Part shown: positions 8,755 through 17,371 of the stretch, one piece after another
Layout: the number at the start of each line of letters is the position of its first letter
How positions within the stretch are numbered: position 1 is the stretch's first letter
Assembly: GCA_002780305.1 (NCBI GenBank)
Contig: PEVD01000019.1
Span: 1 to 53,874 of the forward strand
Direction of reading: 5' to 3'
Source of the DNA: Candidatus Shapirobacteria bacterium CG03_land_8_20_14_0_80_40_19
GTDB taxonomy: Bacteria; Patescibacteriota; Microgenomatia; UM-FILTER-40-11
Length of the DNA stretch: 53,874 bases
Notes under the pieces: generated by a model
Seen by the model: the letters and a program-made list of their open reading frames with translations, nothing else
What the model was told of the DNA's origin: nothing
Database searches by the model: none
Made by a program: the position numbers and the translations under genes

Positions 8755-9971
8755 TCAGCACCTTTCCGCCAAAGGGTACATTATATAACCATTCTTCCAG
8801 TGCTGTTGCCGGATATACTAAAAACACTCTTGTTTGGGCGAATGAGCCGGATAAAAATTTCTCCTTTACTGTTTTAGCGGATATCTTGGATTCGGAAGAA
8901 GAATACGAAGATAACGACATAAAAGTAAAAAGAATTTGGAAAAGAAATTCTTTCTCGCTTTTTTCTTCTATTTATAACGAAATAGTACAAAATAAAGATA
9001 TTAGAAAAATCTTCTTTGCTTTCGAATGGGCAATGTTTGGTTCCAAGAAGTATTTAATGGGGTTTTTGCCAATACTTTTGCTTTTATTAAGACTGCAAGG
9101 AAAAAAAATTTATTTTGTTTCTCACGGTGTACTGTTAAATGCCGGCCTGGTTTCGATCCAAATGGGGGTAAGGGAAAATAGTTTAAAGGCAAAAATTTGG
9201 AGTCTTGGACTTAAAATACTTTATTTTTTTATTATTCTTTTATCTGATAAAGTCGTTGTTTTTGAGGAGTATTTAAGACAAGAACTCTTAAAATTGATCC
9301 CAAATTCAAGCAAGATATTGACAATTAATCACGGAGTGGAAACTAAAACAGACAGCAGTCTATCAAAGAAAAAAACGGACGAATTTGCGGTACAAAGTTT
9401 TGGGTTTTTAATTTGGTATAAAGGTTCAGATTGGCTGGTGGAAGAAATGGCAAACTATTTCAAAAACAATCCCAATTCAAAAATTAGACTGACAATGGTG
9501 GGAGGGGCTACTAAAACTTATACAGACCTTAATTATAAAAATTATATTGACAAGATTTACGATACAGCGGAAAAATCAGACGGAAAAGTTCAAATTACCG
9601 GATTTATCAAAGAAAAGGAAATTGCTGATTATTTTCAAAAGGCTGACCTTTTTATACTTCCGTATCGGGTATTAGTGTCTGCCAGTGGACCGCTTTCTTT
9701 AGCTTTTACTTATAGAAAACCATTTTTAATTTCCGAAAATTTAAAAGGTTACTGCTTGTCTAATGATTTTTCCCAGTCTTTAACCCAAACAGGACTATCG
9801 ATAAAAGATTTAGTTTTTTCTATGAGCGGAAATGGTTTACCCAATAAGATTGAAAACCTGATAAAGGATAATAATATGCTTGAAAAAATTCAAAGGTTTT
9901 CGGAACTGATGTACGAAAAGAGAAAATGGCCGGTAATTGGTAAAAAATATGCCGATGTTTTAAGCAAATGA
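8733..9971 (+). CDS. GT4-like glycosyltransferase
   Basis: FGFLIWYKG, ADLFILPY, SASGPLSLAF motifs of the GT-B fold. Confidence 0.85.
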   Translation: MAEKILVISTFPPKGTLYNHSSSAVAGYTKNTLVWANEPDKNFSFTVLADILDSEEEYEDNDIKVKRIWKRNSFSLFSSIYNEIVQNKDIRKIFFAFEWAMFGSKKYLMGFLPILLLLLRLQGKKIYFVSHGVLLNAGLVSIQMGVRENSLKAKIWSLGLKILYFFIILLSDKVVVFEEYLRQELLKLIPNSSKILTINHGVETKTDSSLSKKKTDEFAVQSFGFLIWYKGSDWLVEEMANYFKNNPNSKIRLTMVGGATKTYTDLNYKNYIDKIYDTAEKSDGKVQITGFIKEKEIADYFQKADLFILPYRVLVSASGPLSLAFTYRKPFLISENLKGYCLSNDFSQSLTQTGLSIKDLVFSMSGNGLPNKIENLIKDNNMLEKIQRFSELMYEKRKWPVIGKKYADVLSK

Positions 9972-12900
9972 AAAAGATAAAGCAACTAATTATAAAAAAT
10001 TGGTCAGTCATTGCGATTGTCATTATTTGGTTTGGGATTGTTTTAACTAATTTTTCTCCAAATACTTTTCTTTCCGGTTGGGATAATTTACATTCCGAAT
10101 TTAATTTTTCCATTAATTTAAAGAGAGCTTTGTTTGCTTCCTGGCAGGAATACCAAGGACTGGGGTTACTTGGGGGTATGGGGCACGGGGCGGATTTGTT
10201 CAGACAAATTTTACTTTGGATTTCTTCTTTAGTTTTGCCGGTAAACTTTATCCGGTATTTTTTTCATTTTTCTATGCTTTTGTCTGGTTCTTTGGGCATT
10301 TATTTTTTGCTGAAAGATTTTGTTTTAGAAAAATACAGCGAGTTTGGTAAAAAATGGGGGGCCTTGGCTGGGGCGATTTTTTATTTGTTTAATTTAGGGA
10401 CATTACAAAGTTTTTATCTTGCATGGGAAGCTTTTTCTGTTCATTTTGGATTTTTACCGTGGTTGTTTTGGGGAGTATTTAAATACTTAAGAGAGCCTTC
10501 TAAAAAGAATTTACTAATATTTGTATTGATTAATATTTTGGCGGTCAGTCAAGGTTATGTGGCAACAGTGTTTTTAGTTTATGTAATGGCTTTAGGGTTA
10601 GTGTTAGCGGGGTATGTTGCGCTTGGTCATTCTGGGGAGGAACGAAGCGACGACTCCAGAATCCGATTCTGGATGCGTCCCGTTACGGCGGGACTTACCA
10701 GAATGACGAGAAAGGTTTTAATTATTTTTTTAATAATATTTTGTGTTAATGCTTTTTGGCTGGTGCCGAATTTGTATTTTGTTTTTAATGATGTCGGGAC
10801 CAATACTGGTGCGAAAATGAATTTAATGGCAACCGAGGATAACCTTTTAAGAAATAAAGAATATGGCGATTTTAAGAATTCTGCATTGCTGAAAGGCTTT
10901 TGGTTTGAAAATGTCGAATTGCAAAATAATGGTTCTACTGATTACATAATGGGTGATTGGGTAAACCATTTTCAAAACCCATATTTTTCAGGAATTGGTT
11001 ATATGCTTTTTGGTTTATCTGTTTTAGGAATAATTTTCAGCCTAACAACAAAGAATAAAAAAGCGCTTGTGTTCTTGCCTGTATTACTTCTTGCATTTAC
11101 ATTTTTAGCCAACGATACTATTGGTTTTTTTTCTTTGAATAAGATTTTATATAAACTTCCTCTTTTTTCCCAGATTTTCCGGTTTCCGTTTACCAAGTTT
11201 TCAATATTAACCGCCTTTTGTCTGGCGGTATTTTATGGGGTTTTTATATCGGTAATTTTAAGCTGTTTCCGTCATTCTGGGGAGGAACGAAGCGACGACT
11301 CCAGAATCCGATTCTGGATGCGCTCTTCGCCAGTTGGCGGATCGCTTACCAGAATGACGATAATATTATTTTTTATTTTATTGCCTATTATTTTTCTTTA
11401 TCCAATTTTTCAAGGCAAATTATTTTATGTTAAGGAAAAAGCAAAAATTCCGGCGGAATATTTTTTGGTTTTTGATTTCTTTAAAAATCAGGATAAGAAT
11501 ACACGGATTGCTAATTTTCCTCAGCCGACTTTTTGGGGCTGGACAAATTATAACTGGGGGAACCAGCTGTACAGCGGATCAGGCTTTTTGTGGTATGGGA
11601 TAAAGCAGCCGATTTTGGACCGCGCTTTTGATGTCTGGTCAAAACAAAATGAAAATTACTATTGGGAAATTTCGTATGCTTTGTATTCTAAAAACAGAGA
11701 GCTTTTTGAAAATATTTTGGAAAAATATCAAGTCAATTGGTTGTTGGTGGACGGGAATGTGATTAATCCGGGAGCGGAAAAGGCTTTGTTTTTGGAGGAA
11801 TTGGAAAAACTGCTTATGGCTGACAGCTCACAGCTTACAGCAAACAGCAACAAGCAATCAGCTATAAGCTATAAGCAGAAACTTGAACTGGTGCAGACTT
11901 TCGGCAAAATAAAGATTTATAAAATTAATTTGGAAACAGGAGTTAATGATTTTGTGTGGTTGGGAGAGAATTTGCCAGTTATAAATTCTTATGAATGGGG
12001 AAATTACGACAGAGCGTATGGTGAGATTGGGAATTACATTTCAATTGACCGTCATTCTGGGGAGGATCCGCCATTTGGCGGAGACGACTCCAGAATCGAT
12101 GTTGGACAAGCCAGCATGACAGAAGAAGTTTATTACCCTTTCCGTTCGGTTTTTACCGGCCGGAAAACTGATGAGCTTGATATAGAAATTGAGGATTTGG
12201 GGGACAGAATTGTTTTTAAAGCTCCTTTACCTGATGGGTTTGAAAACTATTTGATTGAACTGCCAAAAGATTATGACGGGAAAGAGTTGGTGGAGGTTGA
12301 TCCGGGAAGCTTTGAAACTAAGTATTTTTTACCAACTATTGATTCTGACGGACAAACACTTTCGGTTGTCTTTCCGAAAATAAAAGGTTTGCTTTCTGCT
12401 GAAATTAATCCCTCTAAGCAAAATCTTCAGGCTATAAACTGTAATCAATTTAGTCAAGGACAAGTTGGTCTTGAAAATATGCAGGGACTGGTTAGGTTGC
12501 AGGCGCAGGATGCCACTAATTGCGGGGCGAGTTTTTATCTGCCGGATTTATCACATAAATATGCTTATTTAATTTCTGCAGAAGCAAAGAATATTTCCGG
12601 CAAGCCGCTTCTTTTTTGGCTGGAAAATTTGACCAACCGAAAAGCGGATTTAGAAGCCTATTTGAGTAAAGAACTAGATGCTGAACGCTATACACTAAAC
12701 GCTGATTATTTTGTTCAACCCCCGATGGCGGATGACGGACTTGGGTATACCTTACATTTTGATAATATTTCAATCGGCCGGCAGGAGTCGATAAACGAGC
12801 TGGGGAAGATTTCCGTACTTCCGATTCCGTATAATTTTTTAACTTCGTTAAAATTAACTCAAATCTCAAATCTCAAATCTCAAAACCAAAACGCAAAATT

Positions 12901-13228
12901 AAAAGCTAATTCCCTTTTAATCAGTCATCCTAATCCATCACTTTATAAAGTTCAAATTAATGGAGAAATTAGGTCAAACGAAATTTTGATTTTGTCGCAA
13001 TCTTACCATTCAGGTTGGCTGGCTTTTAATCTTGACACAAAAAGAATAATCAAAGACCATTTTGTGGTTAACAATTGGTCTAATGGGTGGATATTGCTCG
13101 CTAACACCCAACCACTATTACCTAACACCTATATTTTATTTTTCTGGCCGCAATATTTGCAGTATCTGGGATTTGGATTTTATTTGATTATTTTGCTTTT
13201 TTGGCTGCGCGCTAAATCAAGAAAATAA
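9968..13228 (+). CDS. Large polytopic membrane protein, GT-C-like (1086 aa), carrying seven in-frame repeat insertions
   Basis: Many N-terminal TM helices, IFRFPFTKF, C-terminal LSQSYHSGW..NNWSNGW; follows GT2 and GT4 genes. Confidence 0.8.
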   Translation: MKKIKQLIIKNWSVIAIVIIWFGIVLTNFSPNTFLSGWDNLHSEFNFSINLKRALFASWQEYQGLGLLGGMGHGADLFRQILLWISSLVLPVNFIRYFFHFSMLLSGSLGIYFLLKDFVLEKYSEFGKKWGALAGAIFYLFNLGTLQSFYLAWEAFSVHFGFLPWLFWGVFKYLREPSKKNLLIFVLINILAVSQGYVATVFLVYVMALGLVLAGYVALGHSGEERSDDSRIRFWMRPVTAGLTRMTRKVLIIFLIIFCVNAFWLVPNLYFVFNDVGTNTGAKMNLMATEDNLLRNKEYGDFKNSALLKGFWFENVELQNNGSTDYIMGDWVNHFQNPYFSGIGYMLFGLSVLGIIFSLTTKNKKALVFLPVLLLAFTFLANDTIGFFSLNKILYKLPLFSQIFRFPFTKFSILTAFCLAVFYGVFISVILSCFRHSGEERSDDSRIRFWMRSSPVGGSLTRMTIILFFILLPIIFLYPIFQGKLFYVKEKAKIPAEYFLVFDFFKNQDKNTRIANFPQPTFWGWTNYNWGNQLYSGSGFLWYGIKQPILDRAFDVWSKQNENYYWEISYALYSKNRELFENILEKYQVNWLLVDGNVINPGAEKALFLEELEKLLMADSSQLTANSNKQSAISYKQKLELVQTFGKIKIYKINLETGVNDFVWLGENLPVINSYEWGNYDRAYGEIGNYISIDRHSGEDPPFGGDDSRIDVGQASMTEEVYYPFRSVFTGRKTDELDIEIEDLGDRIVFKAPLPDGFENYLIELPKDYDGKELVEVDPGSFETKYFLPTIDSDGQTLSVVFPKIKGLLSAEINPSKQNLQAINCNQFSQGQVGLENMQGLVRLQAQDATNCGASFYLPDLSHKYAYLISAEAKNISGKPLLFWLENLTNRKADLEAYLSKELDAERYTLNADYFVQPPMADDGLGYTLHFDNISIGRQESINELGKISVLPIPYNFLTSLKLTQISNLKSQNQNAKLKANSLLISHPNPSLYKVQINGEIRSNEILILSQSYHSGWLAFNLDTKRIIKDHFVVNNWSNGWILLANTQPLLPNTYILFFWPQYLQYLGFGFYLIILLFWLRAKSRK
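10626..10707. mobile_element. In-frame GTCAT palindromic element, copy 1
   Basis: GTCATTCTGG...CCAGAATGAC; encodes GHSGEERSDDSRIRFWMRPVTAGLTRMT. Confidence 0.9.
11271..11358. mobile_element. In-frame GTCAT palindromic element, copy 2
   Basis: First ~50 bp identical to copy 1; encodes RHSGEERSDDSRIRFWMRSSPVGGSLTRMT. Confidence 0.9.
11812..11876. repeat. In-frame heptamer tract (GCTNACA/GCTATAA type, 9 units)
   Basis: GCTTATG GCTGACA GCTCACA GCTTACA GCAAACA GCAACAA GCAATCA GCTATAA GCTATAA. Confidence 0.8.
12051..12120. mobile_element. In-frame GTCAT palindromic element, copy 3
   Basis: GTCATTCTGGGGAGGA...CCAGCATGAC; encodes RHSGEDPPFGGDDSRIDVGQASMT. Confidence 0.88.
12858..12906. repeat. In-frame heptamer tract (TCAAATC)n
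   Basis: TCAAATC x3 then degenerate units; encodes QISNLKSQNQNAKLK. Confidence 0.8.
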
Positions 13229-13842
13229 GCCACCATTTTTTCTTTGTCAAAAGGAACAAGCATTTTGGGATAATCAAAAAGACCTTTAATCATTATCAGT
13301 CTTGTTCCAAGATAAAGAGGGTCAGCCACCCAATCATATTTAATTCTAAGACCTTTTAATATATCTTCAAAATTAAATTCTTTCGTGTTTTTTAAAATAA
13401 GATATAGATCTATAAAATCTCTAGCCTTTTCTCTTGAGAGGATCGTGTCAATTTTATTAACGGCAATATCAAACAGATTATCAATTTCTAAGTCGTTATA
13501 TTTCTTATCTTTTTTTGTTCTTTCAAAAGCCCAAAAATTAAAATCAGTTTTAAGTTTCTCCGTTTTTCCTTTTTTAAGAAAAAAAATTTTTGCTGTGATT
13601 CCTTGTTGGTAATCAACAACATTTACACCGATCTTTTTAAAAATAGGTTTAATATATGAAGCTAACATTTGATAATCAATTTCGTTAGCAGAAAAAAAAT
13701 CTAAATCTTCGGAGAGACGGTGCTGGAAATAGAATTCGGATAAGGCGGTGCCACCGCTTAAGTAAAAATTATCGGTAATAAATTTGTTTTTACTTAAGAC
13801 ATCAAGTACTTCTTTTTGAAACTCGGTTAAAATGCTTTTCAT
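13180..13842 (-). CDS. AbiEii-family nucleotidyltransferase toxin
   Basis: FYLSGGTAL...HRLSEDLDFF and K.....R.KARDFIDL motifs. Confidence 0.85.
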   Translation of the reverse strand: MKSILTEFQKEVLDVLSKNKFITDNFYLSGGTALSEFYFQHRLSEDLDFFSANEIDYQMLASYIKPIFKKIGVNVVDYQQGITAKIFFLKKGKTEKLKTDFNFWAFERTKKDKKYNDLEIDNLFDIAVNKIDTILSREKARDFIDLYLILKNTKEFNFEDILKGLRIKYDWVADPLYLGTRLIMIKGLFDYPKMLVPFDKEKMVAYFLDLARSQKSKIIK

Positions 13843-13844
13843 TG

Positions 13845-14048
13845 TCAACAAAGAATATATTCTTCGATATATTTGACTTTTAAGTTTCCTTCAACTTGAT
13901 GTTTTATTTTCGGCCAATAATGGCGAAGTTTTTTTAAATCCAATTTTTCTCCATCTAAGCCGTAATTTATCAGCTGTAAAAGTCTCCATCTTTCGTACTC
14001 CTCCGGAAACTGTTTTAAATAATCTTCATCGGTTGACCAATTGTACAT
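13845..14048 (-). CDS. Small protein, putative antitoxin partner of AbiEii
   Basis: Directly upstream of the toxin; start MYNWSTD lies 6 nt after TATAAT. Confidence 0.7.
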   Translation of the reverse strand: MYNWSTDEDYLKQFPEEYERWRLLQLINYGLDGEKLDLKKLRHYWPKIKHQVEGNLKVKYIEEYILC

Positions 14049-14107
14049 AGGGCTATTATAACTCATTGTTATTTATCTTCGAGCAGTATTAAGTTATAAT
14101 CTTCACG

Positions 14108-15295
14108 ATGACTTTTTTGGTATTTATATTAATTCTCTCGGTTTTAGTTTTAGTCCACGAAACAGGGCATTTTTTAGCGGCTAAAAAAGCCGGCATTAAG
14201 GTGGAAGAATTTGCTTTTGGACTGCCGTTTACCAAACCGATTTTAAGCAAAAAGAAAAGGGGGACGATTTATTCGGTTTATCCTTTGATTTTTGGCGGAT
14301 TTGTAAAATTATATGGAGAAGACGGTTTAACGGAAGATCAAAGACCAAAGATCCCGCCTTGCCGGCGGGCAGGCAAAGATCCAAACTATGGACGAGCGTA
14401 TTTTGAGAAGTCAATTTTTAAACGGGCTTCGGTTTTACTGGCGGGGGTGTTTATGAATTTAGTTTTGGCCATTGTTTGTTTTTCGATTTTGTATTTTGTT
14501 TGGGGAATTCCGACCAAAACCGGTAAAGTAATTGTGGAAGCGGTGAGAGAAAATTCGCCGGCGCAAGCCGCCGAAATAAAGCCGAACGATTGGATTGTGG
14601 CGGTTAATGGTGATTTTATTAATGAAGGTGACCAACTTATTAAAATTACTCAAGGAATGGCCGGCCAAAAAGTAAAGCTGGAAATTTCCCGAAGAAATGA
14701 TAATCCATGCAAACCGCCGGCAGACAATGTTCTTGGCGGGATGGCAACGACTGAATTCGGATTTAATTGTAACGGAGAAAATTTATTAATTTTTTTAATT
14801 CCAAGGGAAAATCCGCCGGCAGGGGAAGGACCCCTGGGAGTGATTATTACCGACAGTATTTTTAAGAAATACCCTTTTTATATTATGCCGTTTTTAGGCG
14901 TAAGAGAGGGATTCAAGGATTCTTTAGGTTGGGGGAAAATGGTCTTAAGTTCGCTTGGCCAGATGGTTTATAGTTTAATTACCAGGGGAAAAGTGCCGGA
15001 GGGAATTGCCGGTCCGATAGGTATATATCAAATTACCGGGGAAGCGGCTAAGGCCGGCTGGATGGCAGTTTTACAATTGCTGGGAATTATTTCAGTGAAT
15101 TTGGCGATTGTAAATATTTTGCCAATTCCGGCCATGGATGGAGGAAGACTGGTTTTTTTAGGATTTGAGCTGGTTTTTAAGAGAAAAGCACCGCCCAAAA
15201 TTGAGGCGGCAATTAACAGCGTTGGCCTGATGATTTTATTGGGATTAATGTTTCTGATTACCGTTAAAGATTTATTAAGACTGGCGGGTGGGTAA
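14108..15295 (+). CDS. rseP: RseP-like site-2 protease (M50) with PDZ domain
   Basis: HETGH, GGFVKLYGE, AGVFMN, PDZ SPAQAAEIKPND, NILPIPAMDGG. Confidence 0.92.
   Translation: MTFLVFILILSVLVLVHETGHFLAAKKAGIKVEEFAFGLPFTKPILSKKKRGTIYSVYPLIFGGFVKLYGEDGLTEDQRPKIPPCRRAGKDPNYGRAYFEKSIFKRASVLLAGVFMNLVLAIVCFSILYFVWGIPTKTGKVIVEAVRENSPAQAAEIKPNDWIVAVNGDFINEGDQLIKITQGMAGQKVKLEISRRNDNPCKPPADNVLGGMATTEFGFNCNGENLLIFLIPRENPPAGEGPLGVIITDSIFKKYPFYIMPFLGVREGFKDSLGWGKMVLSSLGQMVYSLITRGKVPEGIAGPIGIYQITGEAAKAGWMAVLQLLGIISVNLAIVNILPIPAMDGGRLVFLGFELVFKRKAPPKIEAAINSVGLMILLGLMFLITVKDLLRLAGG
14334..14392. repeat. In-frame AAGATCA heptamer tract with nested 21-bp hairpin (14353-14373)
   Basis: AAGATCA AAGACCA AAGAT[CCCGCCTTGCCGGCGGGCAGG]CA AAGATCC AAACTATGGA. 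Confidence 0.85.
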
Positions 15296-15296
15296 A

Positions 15297-16283
15297 ATGT
15301 TGGATAAAAAAACCGCCGAAAAAATTTTAGTCGAAATAAAGAAAGCCAATCGGATTTTGCTTCCGCTCCATATTTCACCGGACGGCGACTGTGTCGGTTC
15401 GGTTTTGGCTATGGATTTGTTTTTAAGATCGCTGGGCAAAAAAACAAAAATTATTTCTTATTCAAAAATCCCCAAAAACTATTTATTTTTGCCGGGGATG
15501 GCGGAGGTTGAAATTGTTGACTTTGCAAAAATAAACTTATCGGATTTTGACCTGCTTGTCTTCCTGGATATTGCCCAGGAAACCATGATTACCAAAAAAC
15601 AGCTCCCCCGGAAATTTCCTTGGAGTTCTAAAAGTATAATTATTGACCATCATTTTACCAATACCAAGTTTGCCGGTATTAATTTAATTGACAAAAAGAC
15701 CAGTTCTTGCGCTGAGTTGCTTTATGATCTTTTTAAATTTTGGAAAATTGAAATTGACAAACAAACCGCCAATTTACTTTTTTTAGGGATTTTTTCCGAT
15801 ACCGGCTGTTTTCAGTATCCTTTAACTTCGGCAAAAACATTTAAAATTGCTTCCGTCTTGATGGAAAAAGGTGCGGATTTAAACCAAATAGTGTTGTTGC
15901 TGTTTCGGTCTTATGGTATAAAAACTTTAAAATACTGGAGTAAGGTGCTTGAAAATATGCGGATTGATGAAAGTGGTAAATTTGTTTGGTCAAAAGTCAG
16001 CCAGGAAGAACTGAAACGGTTAGATATCCAGCCTGAAGACATTGAAGGTGCGGCCAGTTTGTTTTGCCCGGTGATAAAAGGAACGGAATTTGGTATAATT
16101 CTGGATGAATGCGGAGGTTTTATTAAGGGAAGTTTGCGTTCCCGCCAAGGGTTTGATGTTGCCCAAATTGCCGGTAAACTGGGGGGCGGTGGGCATAACC
16201 AAGCGGCCGGGTTTACTTTAAAAATGCCGTTTGGAGAAGCGGAAGAAAAAGTACTGAAGGTGGCGAGAAAAGCAATAAAATAA
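15297..16283 (+). CDS. nrnA: DHH/DHHA1 phosphoesterase (NrnA-like)
   Basis: HISPDGDCVGS, IDHH, SDTGCF, GGGGHNQAAG. Confidence 0.88.
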   Translation: MLDKKTAEKILVEIKKANRILLPLHISPDGDCVGSVLAMDLFLRSLGKKTKIISYSKIPKNYLFLPGMAEVEIVDFAKINLSDFDLLVFLDIAQETMITKKQLPRKFPWSSKSIIIDHHFTNTKFAGINLIDKKTSSCAELLYDLFKFWKIEIDKQTANLLFLGIFSDTGCFQYPLTSAKTFKIASVLMEKGADLNQIVLLLFRSYGIKTLKYWSKVLENMRIDESGKFVWSKVSQEELKRLDIQPEDIEGAASLFCPVIKGTEFGIILDECGGFIKGSLRSRQGFDVAQIAGKLGGGGHNQAAGFTLKMPFGEAEEKVLKVARKAIK

Positions 16284-16320
16284 ACAAAGACGAAAGCGAG
16301 GTGTGATTAATAAATAAAAA

Positions 16321-16497
16321 ATGGCGACAATTGTTAAAAAACAACCAGGCCAAACGGAAGACCAACTCATTGCCCAATTCAGAAAAAAAGTTTTGATTGA
16401 CGATGTTTTGGGGGAATTAAAAAAAAGAGAATTTTATGTTCCGCCCTCAAGGCAAAAATACGAAAAAAGAAAATCAGGTAAGAAGCCTTCCCGATAA
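16321..16497 (+). CDS. rpsU: 30S ribosomal protein S21 (58 aa, not in the ORF track)
   Basis: MATIVKKQPGQTEDQLIAQFRKKVLIDDVLGELKKREFYVPPSRQK...; REFYxxPS motif; upstream of yqeY; GAGGTG SD. Confidence 0.85.
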   Translation: MATIVKKQPGQTEDQLIAQFRKKVLIDDVLGELKKREFYVPPSRQKYEKRKSGKKPSR

Positions 16498-16499
16498 AA

Positions 16500-16934
16500 A
16501 TGTTAAAGAGTCAAATTGAGCAGCAAATAAAAGAAGCGCTGAAAGCGGGTGACCGCCGATTAGTGGAAACATTGCGTTTTTTGATTTCCGCGGTCAAAAA
16601 TGCCGAAATTGATTCAAGAAGAGACGCGACCGATGAAGATGTGGTAATGGTCGTGCAAAAACAAGTGAAACAGCACCGGGAATCGATTGAAGCTTTTAAA
16701 TCGGCCGGCCGCGACGATCTTTTTCAGGCAGAACAAGCCCAGCTTGAAATATTACAGGGATTTTTACCCCGGCAACTATCGGAGGAAGAAGTAAGAGTTA
16801 TTGTTCAAGACACAGTTTCCTTGCTGCCGGAAGAAGAAAAGAATTTTGGGAAAGTGATGGGAATTATCATGGGAAAAGTTAAAGGAAAGGCAGGCGGAGA
16901 TCTTGTAAGCAAAATTGTTAAAGAAAGTTTATGA
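16500..16934 (+). CDS. GatB/YqeY domain protein
   Basis: KQVKQHRESIEAF..AGRDDL, FLPRQLSEEE, GKVMG motifs. Confidence 0.9.
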   Translation: MLKSQIEQQIKEALKAGDRRLVETLRFLISAVKNAEIDSRRDATDEDVVMVVQKQVKQHRESIEAFKSAGRDDLFQAEQAQLEILQGFLPRQLSEEEVRVIVQDTVSLLPEEEKNFGKVMGIIMGKVKGKAGGDLVSKIVKESL

Positions 16935-17293
16935 ATGTCGTTTTGGTTTCTTCTGAATCGCGTTATCCGTTGAGCCGTCGGAAAATCAAAAAAACAGTTT
17001 TGGACTATTTGGAAAAGACTGGTTTAGACGAGGCGGAGATTTCCATTGCGGTTGTCGGTTCCCGAAAAATAAGGCAGATAAACAAAAAGTGGCGCAATTT
17101 GGACGAGGTGACAACAGTTTTAACTTTTGGGTTGGAAGAGCCAAGGGATGAAAAAGGAATTTTAAGGATAGGGGATATTATAATTTCTTATCCGCAGGCG
17201 CGGGAGATTGCGATTGAGGATGAACTGACGATGGATCAGGCAATCGATAAACTGCTGGTGCACGGGATGGACAATCTTCTTGGTTCAAGATGA
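16931..17293 (+). CDS. ybeY: YbeY-family protein with degenerate metal site
   Basis: IRQINKKWR..D..T.VLTF, GDIIISYPQA; HGMDNLLG in place of HGxLHLLGYDH. Confidence 0.75.
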   Translation: MNVVLVSSESRYPLSRRKIKKTVLDYLEKTGLDEAEISIAVVGSRKIRQINKKWRNLDEVTTVLTFGLEEPRDEKGILRIGDIIISYPQAREIAIEDELTMDQAIDKLLVHGMDNLLGSR

Positions 17294-17371
17294 CAAGACA
17301 ACAGGAATAAGTGAATAGTCAAAGATAAAAAGATTATTCACTATTATTCTGTTTCCTGTTATCCTTTATCT

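Noticed and set aside
10626..11358. Diversity-generating retroelement TR/VR pair
   Set aside because: Differences are block swaps, not adenine-specific substitutions; no reverse transcriptase is present.
10626..12120. CRISPR array from the three GTCATTCTGG repeats
   Set aside because: Copies are 70-88 bp, 560-690 bp apart, inside an intact ORF, with no cas genes in the window.
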